Shown one piece after another: positions 36,537 through 44,408 of a DNA stretch of 45,767 nt. A program made the position numbers and the translations under genes. Every line of letters starts with the position of its first letter. The stretch's first letter is position 1. Under the pieces are notes generated by a model, which was not told the DNA's origin, made no database searches, and saw only the letters and a program-made list of their open reading frames with translations. Source of the DNA: Verrucomicrobiota bacterium (GTDB lineage Bacteria; Verrucomicrobiota; Kiritimatiellia; RFP12; UBA1067); NCBI GenBank assembly GCA_016288465.1, contig JAEEZC010000003.1:1-45767 (forward strand). The letters are read 5' to 3'.

Positions 36537-39023
36537 ATGGCAATTCGCGAATATGCAACAAAGACCGCAGGCGTTCTTGCGGCTGTCGCGCTCGGGCTGT
36601 CGGCCCGTGCGGACTTCGTGCTCGAAGGCGACGCCAATTCCACGACGTCAGCCGTCGGGGCGGACGACGTGATAACGTTCACGCAGTCCGGCACGCTCAC
36701 GGTAACCGGCTCCGGCACAGTCAATATTCTGCTCGTTGGCGGCGGGGGCGGCGGCGGTTCGCACAAGGCCACCGACGGAAACATCAGCGGCGGCGGCGGT
36801 GGCGGCGGCGGTGTTGTCTATACCAATTCGTTTGCCGTTACGGCAGGGACATACAACATTGTGGTGGGTGCGGGTGGTGTCGGCGGCGGCAAGCCGGAGG
36901 ACAATACGAAAGTCGATGGCACGAACGGCGGCAATACGACCGCTTTCGGCTTCACGGCATACGGCGGCGGCGGTGGCGCGGCATGGGGCGGTCGCGTAGG
37001 CCTCAGCGGCGGTTCCGGCGGAGGGTCGACATCTGCTTGGGACAGTCGTGTTGAAGGCGGAACGGCGATTCACGCCCAAGACGGTAATATCGGCTATGAC
37101 GGAAAGACTGCAGTTCATGCATACACGCCCGGCGGCGGCGGCGGTGCGAGCAATTCGTCGACGGTGGACTCGGAACGCGCAGGGAAGGACGGCATTGCAA
37201 TCGACATAACCGGTGAATCCGTGTACTATGCCGGCGGCGGCGCTGGCGTCAGCTACACGCGCACGACGGCAGGTGGCCTTGGCGGCGGAGGAAACAAGGG
37301 CGAAAAGGGAACGGACGGCCTTGGCGGCGGCGGCGCAAGCGGCTGCGACGGAGGCAGCGGAATTGCAATCATCCGCTATACGCCGCAGTTTTCCGATTCA
37401 AGTTCCTTTTCCATATCCGGAGATGCCAATGCCGAAGAACTTACGCTCCACGACGGCAATGCGCTTGTGTTCCGTCAGAACGGCACGCTTACCGTAACAG
37501 GTGCCGGGATTGTGGACATCCTTGCCGTTGGCGGCGGTGGCGGCGGCGGAGCCACCAACTCCGCAGGAGAGGTTGCCACTGGCGGCGGCGCGGGCGGACT
37601 CGTCTACAGGCAGTCGGTCGCCGTACATGCGGGAACGTTCAGCATTGTTGTCGGAGCGGGCGGTGCGATTGGCGCGAACGGCGGCAACTCGTCCGTCCTC
37701 GGCATTACGGCTTACGGTGGTGGCGCCGGCGCCAAGAGTGGAGGGAATCATCCTGGCAATCCTGGCGGTTCCGGCGGTGGTGCGGCACATGCCTGGGGTG
37801 AGGATGCGAGTACGACAATGTCCGGAGGCGAGGCGGCCTACGCTTCATCAGACAACCATGGTTCTGCCGGCGGTTCGTCCTATTCGTACTATGGTTGCGG
37901 TGGCGGCGGCGGAGCAGGCTCATCGCCTATTTACCGAGACAAGGATGGCGAGACGATCGAAATTGGGGCGGAAAACGATAAAGGCTCTTATCCGCAATGG
38001 GGAGGCGACGGCTTGGCAATCGACATTACCGGGCGGTCGGTCTATTACGCCGGTGGCGGCGCGGCATTCCGGTCTGGCTATAGCAGGCCGAGCGGTGGCA
38101 AGGGCGGCGGAGGCGGCTACAACGAGGACGGAACCGACGGACTCGGCGGTGGCGGTTCGGGCAATCACAGGGGCGGAAGCGGTGTCGTGATCGTGCGTCT
38201 GCGCAGAAAAGCCTCTCCGATAGCGCACGAACCTGCGACCGGCGGCTCTGTAATCCGCGTCGGCGGGGGCTACCGTGCACACAGGTTCACGCAGAACGGA
38301 ACTCTTGTCGTCCCGAAGAACATTGTCGCCGACGTTCTGCTTGTTGGCGGCGGAGGAGGCGGCGGTTCGCACAAGGCAACCGACGGGAACATCAGCGGTG
38401 GCGGCGGCGGAGCCGGCGGTCTCGTTTACAAGACGAACATTGTCATTGCGGCAGGAACATACGATGTTGTGATCGGTGCGGGCGGTGTCGGCGGCGGTAA
38501 GCCGTCAGACAACACGAAGGTCGATGGCACGGACGGCGGCAATTCGACCGCATTCGGCTTCACGGCATACGGCGGTGGCGGTGGCGCGGCATGGGGCGGT
38601 CGCGTAGGTCACAGCGGCGGTTCCGGCGGCGGTTCGACATCTGTTTGGGATGAGAGCGTGGAAGGCGGCAAGGCGATTCACGCCGAAGACGGCAATATAG
38701 GCAATGATGGAATGCCTGCGACCCATGCATACGCGCCAGGAGGCGGCGGAGGTGCGAGCAATTCGACAACAGTGGATTCGACACGCGCTGGGAAGAACGG
38801 CATTGCAATCGACATAACCGGTGAATCCGTGTACTACGCCGGCGGCGGCGCGGGCGTCAGCTACACGCGCACGACGGCAGGCGGCCTTGGCGGAGGAGGA
38901 AACAAGGGCGAAAAGGGTACGGACGGCCTTGGTGGCGGCGGCGCAAGCGGTTGCGACGGCGGTTCTGGCGTCGTGATCATCCGCTATCGTTACGAGGCTG
39001 GCACTTTCATCTTCGTGAAATAA
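36537..39023 (+). CDS. Secreted glycine-rich repeat protein (three about 270-aa glycine-rich domains)
   Basis: Signal peptide (AGVLAAVALGLSARA). Three repeats each carry Q.GTL.V....V(N/D)(I/V)L.VGGGGGGG...GGG.GG(V/L)VY....V..GT(Y/F).(I/V)V(V/I)GAGG...YYAGGGA...GGSG(I/V).I(I/V)R. No catalytic motif recognised. Confidence 0.85.
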   Translation: MAIREYATKTAGVLAAVALGLSARADFVLEGDANSTTSAVGADDVITFTQSGTLTVTGSGTVNILLVGGGGGGGSHKATDGNISGGGGGGGGVVYTNSFAVTAGTYNIVVGAGGVGGGKPEDNTKVDGTNGGNTTAFGFTAYGGGGGAAWGGRVGLSGGSGGGSTSAWDSRVEGGTAIHAQDGNIGYDGKTAVHAYTPGGGGGASNSSTVDSERAGKDGIAIDITGESVYYAGGGAGVSYTRTTAGGLGGGGNKGEKGTDGLGGGGASGCDGGSGIAIIRYTPQFSDSSSFSISGDANAEELTLHDGNALVFRQNGTLTVTGAGIVDILAVGGGGGGGATNSAGEVATGGGAGGLVYRQSVAVHAGTFSIVVGAGGAIGANGGNSSVLGITAYGGGAGAKSGGNHPGNPGGSGGGAAHAWGEDASTTMSGGEAAYASSDNHGSAGGSSYSYYGCGGGGGAGSSPIYRDKDGETIEIGAENDKGSYPQWGGDGLAIDITGRSVYYAGGGAAFRSGYSRPSGGKGGGGGYNEDGTDGLGGGGSGNHRGGSGVVIVRLRRKASPIAHEPATGGSVIRVGGGYRAHRFTQNGTLVVPKNIVADVLLVGGGGGGGSHKATDGNISGGGGGAGGLVYKTNIVIAAGTYDVVIGAGGVGGGKPSDNTKVDGTDGGNSTAFGFTAYGGGGGAAWGGRVGHSGGSGGGSTSVWDESVEGGKAIHAEDGNIGNDGMPATHAYAPGGGGGASNSTTVDSTRAGKNGIAIDITGESVYYAGGGAGVSYTRTTAGGLGGGGNKGEKGTDGLGGGGASGCDGGSGVVIIRYRYEAGTFIFVK
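36729..37380. repeat. Intragenic direct repeat, copy 1 (domain 1 of the glycine-rich protein)
   Basis: Collinear without indels with 38337..38988 at a constant 1608-nt offset. Includes a 38-nt exact run (37191..37228 = 38799..38836). Confidence 0.85.
38337..38988. repeat. Intragenic direct repeat, copy 2 (domain 3 of the glycine-rich protein)
   Basis: See copy 1. By eye, roughly nine in ten positions are identical overall, and higher in the last about 190 nt. Confidence 0.85.
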
Positions 39024-39049
39024 AGAAGCCTGATACGAGCTTTGCGGTA

Positions 39050-39085
39050 TTCGCCGCCGTTGCCACACCCTGGCGCGGCGGCGAA
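39050..39085 (+). terminator. Candidate intrinsic terminator hairpin after the glycine-rich gene
   Basis: TTCGCCGCCG (39050..39059) pairs with CGGCGGCGAA (39076..39085) across a 16-nt loop. The following tract is only weakly T-rich. Confidence 0.4.
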
Positions 39086-39132
39086 CATTGAATTTCGTGT
39101 AGGATTGACGAAAATCAACATTGATTTTCGTG
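39085..39132. repeat. ACATTGAWTTTCGTG boxes: two direct copies 33 bp apart plus an inverted copy forming a perfect 11-bp inverted repeat
   Basis: Direct copies at 39085..39099 and 39118..39132. ACGAAAATCAA (39108..39118) and TTGATTTTCGT (39121..39131) are exact reverse complements separated by 2 nt. Confidence 0.6.
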
Positions 39133-39314
39133 ATGCCGATATGCGCCGCGGGGACAGGCCCCTCCGGTTACGGAATGTAAACCGAAGACCAACGCAGACG
39201 GGCCTTCGCTAACGCTCGGCCAAGAATACGCAAGCGTTAGTGTCGTCTCTGTCGATTCTTGTTCCTTCGTCTGCTTGACAGGGTTGCCTAAGGTGTCAAA
39301 ACGCCTTGCTCCTT

Positions 39315-39391
39315 CTATGTAAGCTTTGTCGGTCACCTATGTAAGCTCATTCCCCTAACTGTGCGAGCTTCTTTCTCTGCCTGTGTAAGCA
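39315..39391. repeat. Four direct CTRTGYRAGC(W) boxes with exact 22-bp phasing
   Basis: Boxes start at 39315 (ctatgtaagct), 39337 (ctatgtaagct), 39359 (ctgtgcgagct) and 39381 (ctgtgtaagca). Confidence 0.8.
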
Positions 39392-39395
39392 GTAG

Positions 39396-39476
39396 AAATG
39401 ACGCCATTTCACCCTCCAAATGACGTCATTTCACCCCTCAAATGACGTCATTTCAGGGTTCAAATGACGTCATTTC
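39396..39476. repeat. Four AAATGACGYCATTT(C) palindromic boxes with exact 22-bp phasing
   Basis: Boxes start at 39396 (one T>C deviation), 39418, 39440 and 39462. Three are perfect 14-bp palindromes. An inverted CTGTGT-type box closes the array at 39481..39490. Confidence 0.9.
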
Positions 39477-39719
39477 TACTGCGAACACAGATAGGAGAGA
39501 TTTTTTGCATAAGGAAAACAGCCGGAAAACACGGTTAGGAGAAGGGAAATGCGCAAGTAGGCGAAAATTCTCCTAAGTCCGTCGAAAGCTAACTCCTATC
39601 GCGAAGCCTGACAGTTCTGCGAGACGGGAATGCACCGATGCGTGAGCATCCACGGCTCGGAGTTTCAAGTTAGCCGCGTGTGCTCTCGCGGCTTCCTCCT
39701 GCTGTCTCAAACGTGACAA

Positions 39720-39767
39720 GATTTCTGTTTGATTTGTATCTCCTGGTTGGCGCGAGTTTGGTATAAT
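39720..39767 (+). promoter_or_regulatory. Promoter B: identical 22-nt motif GATTTCTGTTTGATTTGTATCT, 20-nt spacer, TATAAT(ACC)
   Basis: Motif at 39720..39741 and TGGTATAATACC with TATAAT at 39762..39767. Lies 30-36 nt upstream of the glycosidase start codons. Confidence 0.55.
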
Positions 39768-39796
39768 ACCATGCGCATGGATCAAGACAGGGATAT

Positions 39797-42409
39797 GTGT
39801 GCATGAAGTTGTGTTCGTCCATACTGCTTGCCGTAGCCGTCGCCGCGAACTGCCGTGCGGCCGCTTCGCCTTTCGGCATCTGCGAACACATCGCCGCGCC
39901 GTCGAGCTACATGCAGGGCGGAGAGTACACGAACCGTGTCGCGATGCTGAACTACTGCCGCGCCGCCGGAATCGGCATGGTCAGGACGGACTTCCGCTGG
40001 AGGCTTTGCTGGTCGGCCGTGAGCGGCGACTGGTCTTGGACGTATTTCGACAATGTGATTGCGGACGCCGAAAGGCGAGGCGTAGAAGTGCTTCCGATAC
40101 TCTTCGGCGACAACCCGGCAACCGGCGCGAAGGCGTACGACGACCTCGACGGATGGGCGGAATTCGTCCGGCAGGTCGTCACGCGCTACAAAGGGCGCAT
40201 CTCGGCGGTGGAGGTCTGGAACGAGTGGAACCATCCGTACTTCTGGACCGGCACAATTGCGCAGTACGCGCGGCTTCTGGAGCGGACCGCCGCGACCGTG
40301 CGGGCGGTCGATCCTTCCGTGCGCATCGTGATGGGCGGGGTCGCGGGCGCCGATCTCGCATCCATCGAGAAGCTTTGCAAGGCGGCTGCGCTCGACGCCT
40401 TCGACGCCGCGGCGTTCCATCCATACTGCTATCCCAATCCGCCGGACTACGATTCGAACTGGCTTGCCAGGCGCATAGAGGCCTTGCGGACTCTTCTCGA
40501 CGGGCAGGGGCGTTCGAGCGCGACGATATGGGTTACAGAAATCGGCTGGCCGACCGAAGGCGACGCGGCGGTAACCGAGGCTCTTCAGGCCGTATACATA
40601 ACGAACGCTGTGAACATCGCGGTTTCGGCCGGAGCGGAGAAGGTGTTTGCGTACGAACTGCGGGCGTGGGGCGTGCCGGAGGACGGAAGGGAAGGCTCGT
40701 TCGGCATAGTGAACCGCGACAACTCCGCGCGTCCCGGCCTTTACGCATACCGCGCATACATCCGCAGCCAGACGACCGGCGAAGCCGATCCTTTGGCCGA
40801 CGCCGTCTTCTTTGCAGGTTCGGATGGATGGGACGTACGTTCGTTTTCCGGCGGCGCGGGCTGGTCTGACCGCCGCGCTCCGCATCCCGACGCCGACTAC
40901 ATTGTCGACTTCGGCGATGCAGGAACGCTTTGGACGCCGTCTGCCAGCACGACGTTCGGCGGACGTTCCCTGACGCTCGGGCGCGTGAACGGCTTGGCCG
41001 GGAACGTGAGACAGATCGGCTGGAATGTTACCGCAACGGTCTCAGACCTTCGCCTTGGTAGAGGACGTTGGGAGGTTACTTCGGGAGCCGGCAACCATCT
41101 TGAAGTCCTCGCAGGCGCCGCAACAGTGCTTTCGCCCGCGTCGGATCCGTTCGTCTTCGCGCCCGCTGCACAGGACTCCGACCATGCCTTCACTCTGTCC
41201 GCGTCTCTTTCGGGTCCTGCGTCGTCGGCAATTGCCTTCACCGAAGGCGCGACGGAGACGGACACGCTCGACGCGACGGTTTCGGGCGACGCTTCCGCCT
41301 TTGTAGGACAGTTCATGGCGACAGGCCCGCGCGTCACGTTGCGTCTCGATTCCGCCGCGCTCGCCGGATGCGACGCCGCGCCGCGTTCGGACGGCGTGTC
41401 GCTTTCCGACGGTGCGACGCTTGCGCCGCTTTTCGACGGACAGTCTCTTTCCTCTTCTTCGCGCGGCTTTTTGTCCGACGGAACCGCAGTCATAGAAGTG
41501 CCGGACGGCTGGAGCTTCACGCTTTCCGTTCCGCTTTCGGGGTTCTTCTTGAAGCGCGGCGAAGGGACGCTCGTCATCGGAAGCGGAGTTTCAGGCGCAG
41601 GCGGAATCGTCGTCGAGGAAGGCTCCGTCGTCCCGGAGAACGCGAACGCGGCGTCGCGCATTCTCTCCTTTTCCGGCGGACGCGTTCTCGGGACTCTTGG
41701 CGCGGACTCCTTCGAAGGAGTTGCCGTCGGAAGCGCGACTGCCGCGCTTGACGGCTGGACTGGCGAAGGTTCGGTAGCGTCCGCCACGCCTGTGCCCGGC
41801 TCGGGCGTAGGCTGGCCGTTGCCCGGAGAGAATCACTCCAAAGCGCTGAAGCTGGAAGGCGCGCCGGTGACGAGAGACTATGCGGAGTCTGGCGTTCAGG
41901 AGCGTGCTTCGCTCGACATGCTCGTTCAGGTGCGGCGCTTCAGAGGCGACTGGCGCACAGTCTTCACTCCTGCGGAAGGCGAAGCCAGAATGTCCGTCGC
42001 GTTCGATTCGGACGGCGCGCCATGGCTTTGGCATGCGGACGCGGAAGGGCGTCCGGTCTGGACGCGGCTCAGGGCGAGGCGCGCGTTCGCGAACGGCGAC
42101 TGGGTTCGCGTTTCGCTCGACTTCGACTACGCCACGAATCCGCAGGGGCTTGCCTTCGTTCAGGTTCGGCTCGACGGATGGTGCGCCACGGCTCCCGAAG
42201 GATGGAAGAAGCCGTTCGAATCGGTGGGCGGAGGAACCTGGTTCCGTCTGCTTCCCGTGGATTCGGATGCGAAGTCGGTGTCGCGCGTCGGTTTTGAAGG
42301 AGCGTTGGCGCTCGACGATGTCGTTCTCGCTTCGCGCGACGACGCCGAGCCGTCTCCGTTGGGACGGGAGAAGGTTTTCGTTCCGGGATGCGCCATGTTC
42401 GTAAAGTAG
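39797..42409 (+). CDS. Secreted multidomain glycoside hydrolase: clan GH-A TIM-barrel (GH39/GH5-like), beta-strand-repeat (PATR-like) middle region, LamG/concanavalin-like C-terminal domain
   Basis: Signal peptide. Acid/base-type motif VEVWNEWNHP and nucleophile-type motif IWVTEIGWPT. Middle region is rich in G/S/A/T beta-repeat sequence. C-terminal jelly-roll-like segment. Start is ATG 39797 or 39803. Family assignment is from motif memory only. Confidence 0.85.
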   Translation: MCMKLCSSILLAVAVAANCRAAASPFGICEHIAAPSSYMQGGEYTNRVAMLNYCRAAGIGMVRTDFRWRLCWSAVSGDWSWTYFDNVIADAERRGVEVLPILFGDNPATGAKAYDDLDGWAEFVRQVVTRYKGRISAVEVWNEWNHPYFWTGTIAQYARLLERTAATVRAVDPSVRIVMGGVAGADLASIEKLCKAAALDAFDAAAFHPYCYPNPPDYDSNWLARRIEALRTLLDGQGRSSATIWVTEIGWPTEGDAAVTEALQAVYITNAVNIAVSAGAEKVFAYELRAWGVPEDGREGSFGIVNRDNSARPGLYAYRAYIRSQTTGEADPLADAVFFAGSDGWDVRSFSGGAGWSDRRAPHPDADYIVDFGDAGTLWTPSASTTFGGRSLTLGRVNGLAGNVRQIGWNVTATVSDLRLGRGRWEVTSGAGNHLEVLAGAATVLSPASDPFVFAPAAQDSDHAFTLSASLSGPASSAIAFTEGATETDTLDATVSGDASAFVGQFMATGPRVTLRLDSAALAGCDAAPRSDGVSLSDGATLAPLFDGQSLSSSSRGFLSDGTAVIEVPDGWSFTLSVPLSGFFLKRGEGTLVIGSGVSGAGGIVVEEGSVVPENANAASRILSFSGGRVLGTLGADSFEGVAVGSATAALDGWTGEGSVASATPVPGSGVGWPLPGENHSKALKLEGAPVTRDYAESGVQERASLDMLVQVRRFRGDWRTVFTPAEGEARMSVAFDSDGAPWLWHADAEGRPVWTRLRARRAFANGDWVRVSLDFDYATNPQGLAFVQVRLDGWCATAPEGWKKPFESVGGGTWFRLLPVDSDAKSVSRVGFEGALALDDVVLASRDDAEPSPLGREKVFVPGCAMFVK

Positions 42410-42423
42410 GTATCGGAGGAAAG

Positions 42424-44064
42424 ATGATGAGATGTTCGGTTCGCCAGATCGAGATTGTCGCTTTATTGGCTGCGGTTGTAGTCCAGTGCGCATTCGGGCA
42501 TGGAACTTCGCTCGGCACGTGCGCCCATGTGACGCGCGACGAGTTCGCGGAGAGGGATGCCGCCTACAAAATGATGCGCGAAGCGGGAATGGACTACGTC
42601 AGATGCGACTTCGACTGGCGCTGGTACCAGAATGGCAGGGACGCGCCGTTAGACTGGCGCATGTGCGACGCTGTCGTTGGCGACGCGGCGAAGCGCGGAA
42701 TAACCGTCCTGCCGATCCTCTGCAACCCGCCGGATTGGGCAAGGCCGGTGCAAGACCATGTCGCGGAATGGCGTTCGTTCGTGCGCGCGACGGCAACGCA
42801 CTTCAAGGGACGCATCCCGGTCTACGAAATCTGGAACGAGGAGAACCATCCCGGCTTCTGGAAGAATCCGAATGCCGAGGACTACGTGCCTGTCCTTAGG
42901 GCCGCATACGAGGAGATCAAGGCGGTCGATCCGTCTGCCAAGGTCGCCATCGGCGGCACTGCCGGGTTGGCGCTCGATTATCTTGAGGACGTGTACAAGG
43001 CGGGCGGCAAAGACTGCTTCGACATAATGAACGTCCATCCGTACAGCTGGCCGAATCCGCCGGACGCGCTTGCCGGGCAGATGGAGAGTCTGCGCAGGCT
43101 CATGGCGAAGTACGGCGACGCGGCGAAACCGGTCTGGATAACGGAGATTGGGTGGCCGACGCACAGGGCTTCCGTGCCGATGGCGGGCGTTCTGCTCGCA
43201 GGGCTGAAGATAGCCCGTCCGGAACGGAAAACCTGGCGCGTCGGCTACGTCGACGAGGCGGACAACATGGACATGACGCGGGATATCGCAGAGGGAATCC
43301 GCGAATGCCTTCCGCAAGGTTCGACGTGCAGGGCCTGTACGGCGGCGGAGCTTGTCGCGGCGCTTGGGACGAACGGACTCGACGCGGTCGTCTATCCGTA
43401 CACTGAGGCGTATCCGTTCGCGACGGTCAAGGCTGTGGCGCAGTTCGTGAAGCGCGGCGGAGTGCTGGCTGATTTCGGCGGCTCGCCGATGTACTATCCT
43501 GTTCTGGACGGAAAGCGCGTCCAGAAGGATGCCGAAGGAAAGGACCTTTTCGGCGCGACGGCGCCGAAGTTCCGCATCAGCGTGTATGGTCCGGGCAAGG
43601 AGAACGGGCTTAAATGGGGCGTAAAGACGTTCGCCACCGACGCTGCGACAAAGGCCGGCATGAAGTTCGAGCCGAACGGATTCGGCGCGTTCCGGTTCTT
43701 CAGGGCCGACCGTCTGCAGTCCGGCGACGAGATGGTTCCGCTTCTGTCGGTGAAGGACGTGAAAGGGGAGGACGCTGTCAGCGCATGCGTATACCGCTTC
43801 GGCAGCGACTTGAAAGGGGCTGTGATCGTCTCGGGCTGCACGGGCGCTGCGGGCGGAGTCGGCGAGCGGCAGCAGGCGGAATATCTCCAACATGCGCTGG
43901 CCGCGGCTGCGCAGACAGGCGTCGAGCGCGTGTTCGTCTACGAGTTTCGCGCGAACGAGAAGGATCCGCGCTACAGCGAAGACCATTTCGGCATCGTCCA
44001 TCGTGATTTCACCCCCAAGCCCGCGTATGAGGTGCTCAAAGCCGGCTCCGATGTCCAATTGTAA
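42424..44064 (+). CDS. Secreted clan GH-A glycoside hydrolase paralog with C-terminal GATase1-like (GH42 domain-B-like) module
   Basis: GGAGGA SD, then ATG 42424 and a signal peptide. YEIWNEENHP and VWITEIGWPT motifs, plus HPYSWPNPPD shared with the upstream paralog (HPYCYPNPPD). Confidence 0.85.
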   Translation: MMRCSVRQIEIVALLAAVVVQCAFGHGTSLGTCAHVTRDEFAERDAAYKMMREAGMDYVRCDFDWRWYQNGRDAPLDWRMCDAVVGDAAKRGITVLPILCNPPDWARPVQDHVAEWRSFVRATATHFKGRIPVYEIWNEENHPGFWKNPNAEDYVPVLRAAYEEIKAVDPSAKVAIGGTAGLALDYLEDVYKAGGKDCFDIMNVHPYSWPNPPDALAGQMESLRRLMAKYGDAAKPVWITEIGWPTHRASVPMAGVLLAGLKIARPERKTWRVGYVDEADNMDMTRDIAEGIRECLPQGSTCRACTAAELVAALGTNGLDAVVYPYTEAYPFATVKAVAQFVKRGGVLADFGGSPMYYPVLDGKRVQKDAEGKDLFGATAPKFRISVYGPGKENGLKWGVKTFATDAATKAGMKFEPNGFGAFRFFRADRLQSGDEMVPLLSVKDVKGEDAVSACVYRFGSDLKGAVIVSGCTGAAGGVGERQQAEYLQHALAAAAQTGVERVFVYEFRANEKDPRYSEDHFGIVHRDFTPKPAYEVLKAGSDVQL

Positions 44065-44251
44065 GGTAGTGGTCTGGCTCGCTTGTTATGTGCTTGCTTC
44101 TGCGATGAAGACGACTCGGGTCGGCCTAGTCGACGTACTCGTCGTAAACCCTCATCCTCCCGTCCGCAGCAGTTTGCTGTGGCTCAGCACTGTTTCCACT
44201 CTGTTTTTGAAGAGTGTTTGGAATGCACTATAGACGCAAAAGAACCTCCTG

Positions 44252-44260
44252 TGATATAAT
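44252..44260 (+). promoter_or_regulatory. Candidate extended -10 promoter (TGATATAAT)
   Basis: TGaTATAAT with TAGACG 17 nt upstream. Lies 32 nt upstream of the small ORF starting at 44292. Confidence 0.4.
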
Positions 44261-44291
44261 ATTTGCAACAAGAGGTTGAAAGGCGTCTCTT

Positions 44292-44408
44292 ATGGTGCTC
44301 GGAAAAATTCAGCATTTCATGACGCGTCGCTTTGACAGGGAAGGGACGAAACGCCATCATGTTCAGACGTTTCGTGCCATGCGCGCGCTTCCTCCGGACA
44401 TGCGATGA
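44292..44408 (+). CDS. Tiny basic ORF (38 aa), hypothetical
   Basis: MVLGKIQHFMTRRFDREGTKRHHVQTFRAMRALPPDMR. Its TGA overlaps the ATG of the next tiny ORF (ATGA). Below the ORF-track cutoff; read by hand. Confidence 0.25.
   Translation: MVLGKIQHFMTRRFDREGTKRHHVQTFRAMRALPPDMR

Noticed and set aside
36729-38988. Diversity-generating retroelement (TR/VR pair) interpretation of the two near-identical intragenic repeats.
   Set aside because: Mismatches between the copies are of all substitution types, not adenine-specific. Both copies are in-frame coding domains, and no reverse transcriptase is nearby.
39315-39490. CRISPR array interpretation of the 22-bp periodic repeats.
   Set aside because: The period is only 22 bp, made of 14-16-nt boxes with 6-8-nt linkers. 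That is far below CRISPR repeat-plus-spacer lengths, there are no unique spacers, and no cas genes are present.
39115-39891. Track ORFs inside the 39.0-39.8 kb gap: 39115..39336 -, 39573..39785 - and 39670..39891 -.
   Set aside because: They run across the hairpins, the repeat boxes and the promoter of the downstream gene. They have no SD or motif support and have low-complexity translations.
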